NCBI GenBank assembly: GCA_036269695.1
Contig: DATBDY010000045.1
Span: forward strand, 4,607 to 68,606
DNA length: 64,000 nucleotides
Direction of reading: 5' to 3'
DNA from: Allosphingosinicella sp.
Lineage (GTDB): Bacteria > Pseudomonadota > Alphaproteobacteria > Sphingomonadales > Sphingomonadaceae
The notes beneath the pieces were generated by a model. The model ran no database searches and was not told the DNA's origin. It worked only from the letters and a program-made list of their open reading frames with translations. Of this stretch, positions 54,809-64,000 are shown one piece after another. The translations under genes were made by a program, and so were the position numbers. Each line of letters opens with the position of its first letter. The first letter of the stretch is position 1.

Positions 54809-56026
54809 TCAGCCGAAGCCGCCGGCGAGGAAGCGTTCGGCGAAGAGGCAGTGGAGGGCGACGCCCTTCGCCATCACCTCCTCGTCGAGCACCATCGCGG
54901 CGTTGTGGAGCGGCCGGCGCGCTTCGGGCGCGGTGCCTTCCGGGGCGACGCCGAGGAAGGCCATGGCGCCCGGAATCTCGCGCAGGACGTAGGAGAAATC
55001 CTCCGAGCCCATCACCGGCTGCGGCACCTCGAACCACGGAGTGCCGAGCGCCTCGGCGCAGTCTCGCACCAGCGCGGTCGCACGCGGATCGTTGACCGTC
55101 ACCGGGAAACCTTCCTCCACCCGCGCCTCGCCCTTCATCCCGTGCGCCGCCGCGACATGCTCGACGATGCGGACGAAGGAGGCATGAAGCGACGCCCGCC
55201 GCGCCTCCGACAGGGTGCGCACAGTGCCGAGCAGCACGACCTCGTCCGGAATGACATTGTGCGCGCTGCCGGCTTCGATCTTGGTGATCGAAAGCACCGC
55301 CGGGTCGGCGACCGGAACGGTGCGGGCGATATGTGCCTGCAGCGCCATCACGATCTCGCAGGCGACCGGGATCGGATCGAGATTGTCGTGCGGCATCGCG
55401 GCGTGGCCGCCCTTGCCGCGAATGGTGGCGTGGAGCGTGTCGGCCGAGGCGAGCAAAGCCCCCGTCCGCCCCGCGACGGTACCGCGCTCCATCGTCGGCC
55501 AGATGTGGAGCGCGAAGGCCGCGTCGGGCCGGCGGCCGCCGGTCACGTCGTCGAGCAGGCCGTCGTCGAGCATGAAGCGGGCGCCATGAAAGCCCTCCTC
55601 GCCCGGCTGGAACATGAAGGCGATTGTGCCCGGCAGCGTGTCGCGCCGCGCGCAGAGGGCGCGGGCGGCGCCGACGAGCATCGCGGTGTGGGAATCGTGG
55701 CCGCAGGCGTGCATCAGGCCGGTGTTGCGCGAGGCGAAGTCGAGCCCCGTCTCCTCATGGATCGGAAGCGCATCCATGTCGCCGCGCAGCAGCACCGAGC
55801 GGCCATTGTCGCCGCCGCCGCGCAGGATCGCGACGATGCCGCTGGTCGACGGCCCCTCGCGCAGCTCGAGCGGCAGGCCGGCGAGCGCCTGCCTGATCTT
55901 CGCGGCGGTGCGGCTGCAGTCCAGCCCCAGCTCCGGATCGGCATGGATCTCCCGCCGCAGCGCCACCACTCCGTCGAGCTCGGTCGCCGCCGCCGCGGCC
56001 CAGTCGGTGCGGTCCATCACGTCCAT
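54809..56026 (-). CDS. M20 family amidohydrolase (hippurate hydrolase-like)
   Basis: Contains GLMHACGHDSH, GEEG and a dimerisation domain pattern. Confidence 0.85.
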   Translation of the reverse strand: MDVMDRTDWAAAAATELDGVVALRREIHADPELGLDCSRTAAKIRQALAGLPLELREGPSTSGIVAILRGGGDNGRSVLLRGDMDALPIHEETGLDFASRNTGLMHACGHDSHTAMLVGAARALCARRDTLPGTIAFMFQPGEEGFHGARFMLDDGLLDDVTGGRRPDAAFALHIWPTMERGTVAGRTGALLASADTLHATIRGKGGHAAMPHDNLDPIPVACEIVMALQAHIARTVPVADPAVLSITKIEAGSAHNVIPDEVVLLGTVRTLSEARRASLHASFVRIVEHVAAAHGMKGEARVEEGFPVTVNDPRATALVRDCAEALGTPWFEVPQPVMGSEDFSYVLREIPGAMAFLGVAPEGTAPEARRPLHNAAMVLDEEVMAKGVALHCLFAERFLAGGFG

Positions 56027-56162
56027 CGCGAATCTCCTCGTTCGAGAGGCAAACTAGGCCCGCGGGAGCGATGTGGCGAGTGGGTCGGCCGTCCTTCCCG
56101 CCCGCAGCCGCTTGCCCCGCCCGCCGCCGCGCCATAAGCAGGGCGTGGCTTCGGAGGCGGGT

Positions 56163-56498
56163 ATGCAGTTCCTCAAGACCCTGTTCTGGGTGGTGCTGAC
56201 GGTGATCGTCGTCCTGTGGGCGAAGGCGAACTGGTTCACCGTGCCGCTCAAGCTCTGGGGTGGGCTGGTAGCCGACGTGAAGCTGCCGGTCCTGCTCTTC
56301 GTCTTCTTCTGCATCGGTTTCCTGCCCACCCTCCTTGTCCACCATGCCCGCCTGTGGTCGCTGAAGCGGCGGATGGAGCCGGCGACAATCGTGTCGGTCC
56401 CCGCCGCGCCTGTCGCCCCACCGGCTCCGGGGACTGCGACGCCGCCCGCCGCCGAAGAGCGGGTCGCGACCGACAGCAAGGCGTGGCCGACCCCATGA
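56163..56498 (+). CDS. LapA/DUF1049 family inner-membrane protein
   Basis: Start at MQFLKTLFWVVLTVIVVLW, with two TMs then a Pro/Ala-rich tail. It lies directly upstream of pyrF, a common arrangement. Confidence 0.6.
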   Translation: MQFLKTLFWVVLTVIVVLWAKANWFTVPLKLWGGLVADVKLPVLLFVFFCIGFLPTLLVHHARLWSLKRRMEPATIVSVPAAPVAPPAPGTATPPAAEERVATDSKAWPTP

Positions 56499-57169
56499 GG
56501 AGCCCGATCTTCGTCGCCATCGACACGCCCGATTTCGAGCGCGCGAAGGCCATCGCGATGCGCGTCCGCACCCATGTCGGCGGCATCAAGCTCGGCCTCG
56601 AATTCTTCTGCGCCAACGGTCGCCACGGGGTCCGCGACATGGCCGAGCTCGGCCTGCCGATCTTCCTCGACCTCAAATTCCACGACATCCCCAACACTGT
56701 CGGCAAGGCGATCCAGGCGCTGCGGCCGCTCGAGCCCGCCATCCTCACCGTCCACGCTGCCGGGGGCCGGGCGATGATGGAAGACGCCAAGGCGGCGGCG
56801 CCTCAGGGGACGAAGGTGGTGGCGGTCACGGTGCTAACCAGCCTCGACGAGGACGATCTCGGCGCCATCGGCATCTCCGGCAGCCCGCACACCCAGGTCG
56901 AGCGGCTGACCGCGCTCGCGCGCGAGGCGGGGCTCGACGGCGTGGTCTGCTCGGGCAACGAGGTGACGGCGGCGAAAAGGCTCTGGCCGGACGGCTTCTT
57001 CGTCGTCCCCGGCGTGCGTCCCGCCGACGGGGCGCACGGCGACCAGAAACGGGTGATGACGCCCCGCAAGGCCCTCGACGCCGGCGCCTCGATCCTGGTG
57101 GTGGGGCGGCCGATCACCCAGGCGGCCGATCCCGACGTCGCGGCGCGAGCGATCGAAGCCACCTTGTGA
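56495..57169 (+). CDS. pyrF: orotidine 5'-phosphate decarboxylase
   Basis: ATG 56495 overlaps the upstream stop. Motifs IFVAIDTP, FLDLKFHDIPNTV, ILVVGRPI. Confidence 0.9.
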   Translation: MRSPIFVAIDTPDFERAKAIAMRVRTHVGGIKLGLEFFCANGRHGVRDMAELGLPIFLDLKFHDIPNTVGKAIQALRPLEPAILTVHAAGGRAMMEDAKAAAPQGTKVVAVTVLTSLDEDDLGAIGISGSPHTQVERLTALAREAGLDGVVCSGNEVTAAKRLWPDGFFVVPGVRPADGAHGDQKRVMTPRKALDAGASILVVGRPITQAADPDVAARAIEATL

Positions 57170-57543
57170 CGGCCGGGCGCCGAGACCTCGGCGCCGCTCG
57201 AACCTGCCTCATCGCCTGGCTCGCCTCGATCGGTTTTCTTGCACTGGGAAAATGGGCGCTAACTGTCTTCGCCAGTCGCTTTCCCAATGGAGACCGGCTC
57301 TGGGCATTTTCGGGCGAATTCAATTTTGCGCTGCTGAGCGCCGAGACCGTCTATGCGATCGTGCTCACCTGCTTCTGGCTGCTCGTCTTTGCGCTGGGGA
57401 CGGCACGGACTCGGCCTGCCACCCGGACGGCGGCGACAGCCAACGCGCTCCTCATCGCTGCCTTGCTCGCGGCGCTTCTGTTCTGCTTTCTCCATGCGGC
57501 GCCAGGGCTGTTCGCGAATTGGATCGATGCCTGCACGCGATAA
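57166..57543 (+). CDS. hypothetical membrane protein
   Basis: GTGA overlap with the pyrF stop. Three or four hydrophobic segments. Confidence 0.45.
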   Translation: MTAGRRDLGAARTCLIAWLASIGFLALGKWALTVFASRFPNGDRLWAFSGEFNFALLSAETVYAIVLTCFWLLVFALGTARTRPATRTAATANALLIAALLAALLFCFLHAAPGLFANWIDACTR

Positions 57544-57752
57544 TATTATCGAATCCGTCCGGCGGATCCGTGCCTCGACTGCGGAATCCACCGATGCGCG
57601 TCCAAGGCCGACTATGAAGTGAGGCTCACAGGCCTCTTGGTCGTGGTCGCGCTGATGGGCGGCAGCCTCTGGTTCCGCTGGAAAGCGCGAATCGAGGCGA
57701 CGCTTTAGCAACGCCCTCGCGGCGCCGTTCGCCTTCGCGGGAGCCCGCGCGG

Positions 57753-58775
57753 TTAGTGGACTATATGCTGCCGGAACCAGTCGATCATGAGCCGGTCACG
57801 CTCACGCCCGTTCCAGGTGAGGCCGTGCACGTCGCCGTCGAACATGTGCAGTGCATAAGGGCGGCCCCGCGCCTGCAGCGCTTCCGCGACCTCGAAGGCG
57901 TTGCGGGGGTCCACGCGGAAGTCGGCGGTGCCGTGCATGATGAGGATCGGCGGCAGATCGACCTCCTTCGCGACCCGCACCGCTGAGCGACGCGCCAGCG
58001 CACCCGCGCGATCCCGATCGTAACCGGGTATGAGGGGGCGCCAGTTCTGCGCTTCCCAGTCCGGATGGCGCTTGGCCTCGAGTTCGGGGTCGGTCATGCC
58101 GCTGATCGATGCCGCCGCATTGACGGCGGCCCCGTCGCGCAAGGCCAGGAAGAGTTCCATGCCGCCGCGCGACGCGCCGATCATGAAGATGTTGCGCGGG
58201 TCGGCTTCCGGGAGGCCCCGCGCGAGAGCGACGGCATTGACCGCATCGTGAACATCGGCGCCGCCATATTCCTCCTGACCCTCGCCGCCGTCCACGCCGC
58301 GATACTGGACTCCGATCACGATGAATCCGGCGGACACGAGATCCGCCATTCCGCGAGCGCTTTCCGGCATCCACTTCGCCGCGTTGCGACTGCCCCCGTG
58401 CAGCGCGATGATGACCGGCAGCTTCGCGCCGGGGGCGATGTTCGCCGGCTCCCATACATAGGCGACGACGCGCAGCCCGTCGGACCCGTAAAGAATACGG
58501 CGGCACGCGCTGGGATGGGCGAAAGACGCCTCATAGTCCGCACGGCTCACGAGAATGGCGCGCAGGCCCGCTACGGGCGGCGGCGTGATTCCGAATTTCG
58601 CCGACTCGGCCGCCTCGCTCTCGTAATGCCGCACCGTCGTCGAGACGTAATCCTCATAGCTGAGCGGATGCCACACGCAGGGCGCGCTCGACAGCAGGGC
58701 GCCGTCAGCAGGCTTGGCTTCGCCGGCGCCGGGCGCAAGCAGGGCCGAAAGTCCGAGAAGAATCCAGTGAAGCAT
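57753..58775 (-). CDS. alpha/beta hydrolase (S9 prolyl oligopeptidase-like), secreted
   Basis: Start at [14 protein letters not shown] (signal). Nucleophile elbow IGASRGG, with late Asp/His ([15 protein letters not shown]). Confidence 0.8.
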   Translation of the reverse strand: MLHWILLGLSALLAPGAGEAKPADGALLSSAPCVWHPLSYEDYVSTTVRHYESEAAESAKFGITPPPVAGLRAILVSRADYEASFAHPSACRRILYGSDGLRVVAYVWEPANIAPGAKLPVIIALHGGSRNAAKWMPESARGMADLVSAGFIVIGVQYRGVDGGEGQEEYGGADVHDAVNAVALARGLPEADPRNIFMIGASRGGMELFLALRDGAAVNAAASISGMTDPELEAKRHPDWEAQNWRPLIPGYDRDRAGALARRSAVRVAKEVDLPPILIMHGTADFRVDPRNAFEVAEALQARGRPYALHMFDGDVHGLTWNGRERDRLMIDWFRQHIVH

Positions 58776-58929
58776 CGGCGGTTCCCCTTCCGCACGCTCC
58801 CCGCAACCTAGCAAAATCGGCGAGGGGACCACAAGTATCACCCTGCTCGGCTGCAGCCGCTGCACCGCCGCGATTGTGGACAGTCCGCGCCGCCCGGCCT
58901 ATCCGCGCCAACGAAGGAGACCCGCCCGC

Positions 58930-59781
58930 ATGAGCTGGCTGAACCGAGTCCGCAACTCCATCCCGTTCCTGCCCAAGCGCGAGACGCCGGAGAATCTCTG
59001 GCACAAATGCCGCCAGTGCAACGCGATGGTGTTCACCAAGGAATGGGAGGAGAATGACTTCGTCTGCCCGCGTTGCGACCATCACGGGCGGATGGGGCCG
59101 CGGCCGCGCTTCGAGCTGCTGCTCGATCCCGGCTACACGATCCTGCCGCCGCCACAGGTGCGCGAGGACCCGCTGAAGTTCCGCGACCAGAAGCGCTATC
59201 CCGAGCGGCTGAAGGCGGCGCGCACGGCAACTGGCGAGAGCGACGCCCTGATCAATGCCCGCGGCGCGATCGAGGGGCACAAGGCGGTGGTCGGCGTCCA
59301 GGATTTCGCCTTCATGGGCGGCTCGATGGGCACGGCCGTCGGCGCGGCCTTCGTCGACGGCGCGCGGGCGGCGATTGCCGACCATTGTCCCTACATCATC
59401 TTCACCGCGGCGGGCGGGGCGCGGATGCAGGAGGGCATCCTGTCGCTGATGCAGATGCCGCGCACCACCGTGGCCATCGCTGAGCTGAAGGAAGCGGGCC
59501 TTCCCTATATCGTCGTGCTCACCGATCCGACGACGGGCGGCGTCACCGCTTCCTATGCGATGCTCGGCGACGTTCAGATCGCCGAGCCGGGGGCGCTGAT
59601 CGCCTTCGCCGGCGCGCGGGTGATCGAATCGACGATCCGTGAAAAATTGCCCGAAGGCTTCCAGCGCGCCGAATATCTGCTCGCCCACGGCATGATCGAC
59701 ATGGTCGTGCACCGGAAGGAGCTGCGGCGGACGCTGGCGGAGCTGATCGGCTATCTGGTGCCGGAGAAGAAGGCGGCGTGA
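58930..59781 (+). CDS. accD: acetyl-CoA carboxylase carboxyltransferase subunit beta
   Basis: Start at MSWLNRV. Zinc ribbon CRQC...CPRC and FAFMGGSMG. Confidence 0.9.
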   Translation: MSWLNRVRNSIPFLPKRETPENLWHKCRQCNAMVFTKEWEENDFVCPRCDHHGRMGPRPRFELLLDPGYTILPPPQVREDPLKFRDQKRYPERLKAARTATGESDALINARGAIEGHKAVVGVQDFAFMGGSMGTAVGAAFVDGARAAIADHCPYIIFTAAGGARMQEGILSLMQMPRTTVAIAELKEAGLPYIVVLTDPTTGGVTASYAMLGDVQIAEPGALIAFAGARVIESTIREKLPEGFQRAEYLLAHGMIDMVVHRKELRRTLAELIGYLVPEKKAA

Positions 59782-59800
59782 CCCAACTCCCCCTTTTTTA

Positions 59801-61129
59801 ATGGCCGACCGCGCCGTCTCCGACGATCCGCGCGTGCAGTGCCAGCTCGACCGGCTGGCGACGCTCTCGCCCGGCACCGACACGCTCGGCCTGGAGCGCA
59901 TCTCCGCGCTGCTCGACCGGCTGGGCAATCCCGAGCGCCGCCTCCCGCCCGTGCTCCACGTTGCCGGCACCAACGGCAAGGGCTCGACCTGCGCCTTCCT
60001 GCGCGCGGCGATCGAGGCGGCGGGGCTCAAGGCCCATTCCTATACCAGCCCGCATCTCGTCCGCTTCAACGAGCGCATCCGCATTGCCGGGCGGCTGATC
60101 GACGATGACCGGCTCGCCGATCTGCTCGAAGAGGCGCTGGACGCGGCGGAGGGGATCGGCCCAAGCTTCTTCGAGGCGACGACCGCCGCCGCCTTCCTCG
60201 CCTTTGCCCGCACGCCGGCCGATGCCTGCATCGTCGAGGTCGGGCTCGGCGGCCGGCTCGATGCGACCAACGTCATCCCCGCTCCGGCCGTCTGCGGCAT
60301 CGCCCAGCTCGGGCTCGACCATCAGCAATTCCTCGGCAACCGGATCGAGGACGTCGCGGCCGAGAAGGCAGGCATTGCCAAGCGGGACGTGCCGCTCGTC
60401 ACGCAGCACTATCCGGACCGGCTCGCCAACCGCATCGGCGAAGCGGCCGCCCGCGTGGGCGCGGTCTGGCTGCCGCGCGGCGGCGCCTGGGACGCCTCCG
60501 TCCACCAGGGCAAGCTCCATTATCGCGACGAGAATGGCCGGCTCGACCTGCCGCTGCCACGCCTGCCGGGGTTGCACCAGGCGATGAACGCGGCGCTCGC
60601 AATCGCCATGCTGCGCCACCAGCGGGCCATCAGCGTCGGCGAGCCGGCACTCAAGGCGGCTATGGGCTGGGCGGAATGGCCCGCGCGGCTGCAGCGGCTC
60701 GGGCCCGGGCCGCTCCACGACCTGCTGCCGGGGGGATCGGAGCTCTGGCTCGACGGCGCCCACAATCCCGCCGCCGCCCGGGCCGTCGCGGATTTCTTCC
60801 GCGCCCATGTGCCGGCGGGAAAGCCCTTTCACATCGTCTGCGGGATCCTCGCGAACAAGGATGCGGCGGGGATTTTGAAGGCCTTCTCCAACCGCGCGGC
60901 GACCGTCCACGGCGTGCCGGTGCCGGACCACGCCCACCATGCGCCGGTCGAGCTCGCCGCGACCGCGCGCGGCGTAGGCCTCGCTGCCATGCCCGCGGCG
61001 GGCGTGGCCGAGGCGCTCGGCTGGAGCGCCCGCCATTCCGCCCCCGGCGAGCCGCCGATCGTGCTGGTGATGGGCTCCCTCTACCTCGCCGGCGACGTGC
61101 TGGCGCGGAACGGGCAGGCGCCGAACTGA
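59801..61129 (+). CDS. folC: bifunctional folylpolyglutamate synthase / dihydrofolate synthase
   Basis: P-loop HVAGTNGKGST and Mur-ligase-like domains. It is adjacent to accD, the conserved order. Confidence 0.9.
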   Translation: MADRAVSDDPRVQCQLDRLATLSPGTDTLGLERISALLDRLGNPERRLPPVLHVAGTNGKGSTCAFLRAAIEAAGLKAHSYTSPHLVRFNERIRIAGRLIDDDRLADLLEEALDAAEGIGPSFFEATTAAAFLAFARTPADACIVEVGLGGRLDATNVIPAPAVCGIAQLGLDHQQFLGNRIEDVAAEKAGIAKRDVPLVTQHYPDRLANRIGEAAARVGAVWLPRGGAWDASVHQGKLHYRDENGRLDLPLPRLPGLHQAMNAALAIAMLRHQRAISVGEPALKAAMGWAEWPARLQRLGPGPLHDLLPGGSELWLDGAHNPAAARAVADFFRAHVPAGKPFHIVCGILANKDAAGILKAFSNRAATVHGVPVPDHAHHAPVELAATARGVGLAAMPAAGVAEALGWSARHSAPGEPPIVLVMGSLYLAGDVLARNGQAPN

Positions 61130-61136
61130 TTCCTTC

Positions 61137-61220
61137 GTCATGCCGGACTTGATCCGGCATCCACCTTTCTGCCTCTCATGTCCCGAAGGAAGATGGATCC
61201 CGGATCAAGTCCGGGATGAC
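61137..61220. repeat. dispersed palindromic repeat, family B (intact copy)
   Basis: GTCATGCCGGACTTGATCCGGCATCC ... GGATCCCGGATCAAGTCCGGGATGAC. Confidence 0.7.
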
Positions 61221-61225
61221 GAAAG

Positions 61226-61978
61226 TTAGCCCGCCCGCAGCTCCGCGAGCGTGCGCGCCGCCCACTCGTACATGGCGGGATCCTTGGCGCGTTCGAAGCG
61301 ATCGAGCCGCTTCACCCGCCGCTCGACCTCGGTGAGCGGCTCGATTGCATCGGCACGGCGGCCTGACGTGATGAGCAGCGCCGCGAGCCGGCACTGCGCC
61401 TCGCAGCCGGCCATGCGGCTGGCGAGCTCCTCGTAAAGGGCGAGCGCGCGCGCCGTCTCGCCGCAGCCTTCCAGCGCGCGAGCGAGGAGCAAGGCGGCGC
61501 GGTCGTTCTCGGAATCGGAGCCCGACGGCGGCAGCGCCTCGAGCAAGGCGAGCGCGGTGGCGTCATCGCCCGCCTCCAGCTCGGCCCGTGCGAGCTTCAC
61601 CTTCGCCGCCCGGTCGCCGCCGCCAGGCGCGCGGTCGAGCGCCTCGCGATAATGGGCCGCCGCCTGCTTCCACTCCCCCGTCGCCGCGAGCGCGTCGGCG
61701 AGGATGCTGTGGTTGGCGGCGGTGTCGGCGACCTCCACGGCTTCCCGGGCGCGCCGGATCTCGCGGTCGGGATCGAGCTTGCGCGCCGCCGCGCTCTTCA
61801 GCGCCCGCACCTCGCGCCGGCCGGCATAAGCCGGGAATATCTCGAAGACGGCGTAGGCGAAGCAGCCGGGCAGCGACAGGAAGATGATCACCATCAGCCA
61901 CAGCCCGTTGCGGTTGTTGCGCACGCAATGGACGGCGCAGGCGATCTGGATGAGGATCGAGAGGAAGAGAAAGGGCAT
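61226..61978 (-). CDS. membrane-anchored tetratricopeptide-repeat protein
   Basis: Two N-terminal TMs (MPFLFLSILIQIACAV, LWLMVIIFLSL), then Ala/Leu-rich TPR-like helices. Confidence 0.65.
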   Translation of the reverse strand: MPFLFLSILIQIACAVHCVRNNRNGLWLMVIIFLSLPGCFAYAVFEIFPAYAGRREVRALKSAAARKLDPDREIRRAREAVEVADTAANHSILADALAATGEWKQAAAHYREALDRAPGGGDRAAKVKLARAELEAGDDATALALLEALPPSGSDSENDRAALLLARALEGCGETARALALYEELASRMAGCEAQCRLAALLITSGRRADAIEPLTEVERRVKRLDRFERAKDPAMYEWAARTLAELRAG

Positions 61979-61981
61979 CGC

Positions 61982-63352
61982 CTATTCCTCCCCATCCTCC
62001 GTGACGGCGCCCTCGACGCCCCGCTGCCGCACCGTCTCGACGACGAAACCGCGCCGGTGCATCATCCAGAGGAAGAACAGGCCGGGGAGGCCGAGAAAGG
62101 CGCAGAAGACGTAGAAGCGCGGCCAGCCCAGGGCCGCCGCGACATAGCCCGAGGGCGTGGTCGCGAAGGTTCGTGCGACGGCCGCAACGCTCGAGAGAAG
62201 CGCATATTGCGTGGCGGTGAAGGCGGTGTTGGAGAGGCCCGCCAGATAAGTCGCGAAGACGGTGAGGGTGATTGCCGCGAAGAGATTCTCGGTGCCCACG
62301 GCCAAGGTCAGCATGATCACCGAATGGCCGGTCATCGCGACGGCTGCGAACATCAGATTGGCGATCATCATGATGATGCCTGCGCCGAACAGCAGGCGCG
62401 ACATGCCGAAGCGCGCGATCATCGCGCCGGCTATCAGCGAGCCGATCACCAGCGCCCAGAAACCGACCAGCTTGTTGATCGCGATATAGTCGGTGTCGGT
62501 AAAGCCCTGGTGGACCACCATCGGCGACAGCATGTTCTGCCCGACCGCCGTGCCGAGCATGTAAGCGAGGACAAAGAGCAGGATCAGCCAGGCACCCGGC
62601 CGCCGCAGGAAATCGGCGAAAGGTGCGACGACATTGTGCTCAAGGAAATGAAGGAATGTGGCGAGGCCGAATCGGCGGTCACGCACGGCCGTATGCCGCC
62701 CCGGCCCGAGCCAAAGCGAGGCGATGGCGCCGGGGAGAACCAGGGCAGCGGTGAAGCCGTAAGCGGCGGCCCAGCCGAGCCCCGCGCCCTCGTTCGAGGC
62801 GAGGAAGATCGTACCGGCGCCGGCGAACAGATTGCCGGTGCGGTAGCCGACCTGATTGGTGGCGGTGCCCTGCGCCAGCTCCTCGTCGGGCAGGGTCTCG
62901 ATGCGATAGGCGTCGATGATGATGTCCTGCGTCGCGGCGAGAAAGGCGGTGGCGGCGCCCCAGAAGGCGAAGCGTCCGATATGATGGGCGGGATCGCTGG
63001 CGCCGAGCTCGATGACGGCGCCCGCGAGCAGGACCTGGACCGTCCACAGCCAGGCGCGTCGCTGACCGACCCAGCGGGAGAGGAAGGGAATGGCGATGCC
63101 GTCGATCAGCGGCGCCCACAGGAACTTGAGCGTGTAGGGCGTCCCAAGTGCGAAGGCGAAGCCGATCGTCTTCTTGTCGATCCCCACCTTCGACAGCCAA
63201 TAGGACATGGTCGCGAGGAGGAGGGTGAGCGGAAAGCCGCTGGAGATGCCGAGCAGAAACGCGCCCAGCGGCCGCGGCTTCAGATAAGATGCGGCAACGC
63301 CCGCAATGCTCCGCCGTTCGACGCGGCGATCCCGTTCCCCAACGCTCTCCAT
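61982..63352 (-). CDS. ampG: AmpG family muropeptide MFS transporter
   Basis: 12+ TM MFS with FLLGISSGFPL and YTLKFLWAPLID motifs. Start taken at MESVGERD. Confidence 0.8.
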   Translation of the reverse strand: MESVGERDRRVERRSIAGVAASYLKPRPLGAFLLGISSGFPLTLLLATMSYWLSKVGIDKKTIGFAFALGTPYTLKFLWAPLIDGIAIPFLSRWVGQRRAWLWTVQVLLAGAVIELGASDPAHHIGRFAFWGAATAFLAATQDIIIDAYRIETLPDEELAQGTATNQVGYRTGNLFAGAGTIFLASNEGAGLGWAAAYGFTAALVLPGAIASLWLGPGRHTAVRDRRFGLATFLHFLEHNVVAPFADFLRRPGAWLILLFVLAYMLGTAVGQNMLSPMVVHQGFTDTDYIAINKLVGFWALVIGSLIAGAMIARFGMSRLLFGAGIIMMIANLMFAAVAMTGHSVIMLTLAVGTENLFAAITLTVFATYLAGLSNTAFTATQYALLSSVAAVARTFATTPSGYVAAALGWPRFYVFCAFLGLPGLFFLWMMHRRGFVVETVRQRGVEGAVTEDGEE

Positions 63353-63438
63353 CCGCCCCCTTCTAGCGGCTCGCCGCGCCGGGCAAAGCCATTTCGGCCC
63401 GCTTGCCTTCATGCGGCGGCGGGCGCACTTTCCGCCCC

Positions 63439-64000
63439 ATGGACATGCCGGCCCGCCAGCGTCCGACCGAAGGGCAGCTCGCGCTCGCCGGGCTGATCGC
63501 GCGGGGCGAGAGCGGGCACGGCGACGGCATCACCCACGTTTCCGCCTCCTGCTATACCGATCCCGCGCGGTTCGAGGCGGAGCAGGCGCGGATCTTCCGC
63601 CGGCGGCCGACGGTGATCGCACCCTCGGCCCTGCTGCCGCGGCCGAACATGGCGGTGGCGCATGACGGGTTCGGGCTGTCGCTGCTCCTCGCGCGGGACA
63701 AGCAGGGGCAGGCGCACGTCTTCTACAATGTCTGCCGCCATCGCGGCACGCGGCTGGTCGAGGGCGGCGAGCCGGTGTGCGCGCCGCGGCTGGCCTGCCC
63801 CTATCATGCCTGGTCCTATGCGCTGGACGGCGCCCTCGCCGGCCTGCCGCGGCCGGACACCTTCCCCGGCCTCGACAAGGCGGACTTCCATCTTGCCGAG
63901 CTGCCGTCGGTCGAAGCGGGCGGCCTGATCTGGTTCGCGCGGGACGAAGCCGCGGATTTCGCCGACGCGCTCAGCCTCGCGCCCGAATTCGACGCCTTCG
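63439..64000 (+). CDS. Rieske [2Fe-2S] aromatic ring-hydroxylating oxygenase alpha subunit (partial, runs off the window)
   Basis: Hand translation from ATG 63439 gives the Rieske motif CRHRG ... CPYHAWSY. It is not in the ORF track because no stop lies inside the window. Confidence 0.75.
   Translation, partial: MDMPARQRPTEGQLALAGLIARGESGHGDGITHVSASCYTDPARFEAEQARIFRRRPTVIAPSALLPRPNMAVAHDGFGLSLLLARDKQGQAHVFYNVCRHRGTRLVEGGEPVCAPRLACPYHAWSYALDGALAGLPRPDTFPGLDKADFHLAELPSVEAGGLIWFARDEAADFADALSLAPEFDAF

Noticed and set aside
57618-57707. 29-codon hydrophobic mini-ORF (GTG start, RLTGLLVVVALMGGSLWFRWKARIEATL) in the gap after 57166..57543.
   Set aside because: It has no SD, a non-ATG start and is very short. 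It cannot be distinguished from chance in GC-rich sequence.

Overview
High-GC chromosomal segment, probably alphaproteobacterial and sphingomonad-like. That guess rests on gene content (UrcA, DUF3297, SWIB, extensin-like, NDUFA9-like, AmpG) and on dispersed GC-rich palindromic repeats. Most of the window is ordinary housekeeping and envelope genes: radA, accD, folC, pyrF, uppP, a kefB-like antiporter, a tRNA-Leu(CAG), a LytS/LytTR two-component pair, several peptidases, and several peptidoglycan recycling or remodelling genes.

The outstanding feature is an 11.5-kb insertion (28295..39797) that I read as a casposon, a self-synthesizing transposon. It encodes a Cas1-family integrase (36874..37986), a family-B DNA polymerase with all exonuclease and polymerase motifs (31900..35037), an HNH nuclease and an HTH protein. 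It is bounded by imperfect ~41-bp terminal inverted repeats and a 15-19-bp direct target duplication.

No CRISPR array, cas2 or other cas gene is visible anywhere in the 64 kb. The element sits inside one copy of a dispersed palindromic repeat, and the duplicated target is itself a hairpin. Both arms of the element carry visibly AT-richer cargo genes of unknown function, one with a C-terminal PD-(D/E)xK-like nuclease motif. These are candidate defence or addiction modules.

All homology calls come from motif recognition by eye, with no database search. Start codons are approximate. Many long ORFs in the track are antisense shadows typical of high-GC DNA and were ignored.
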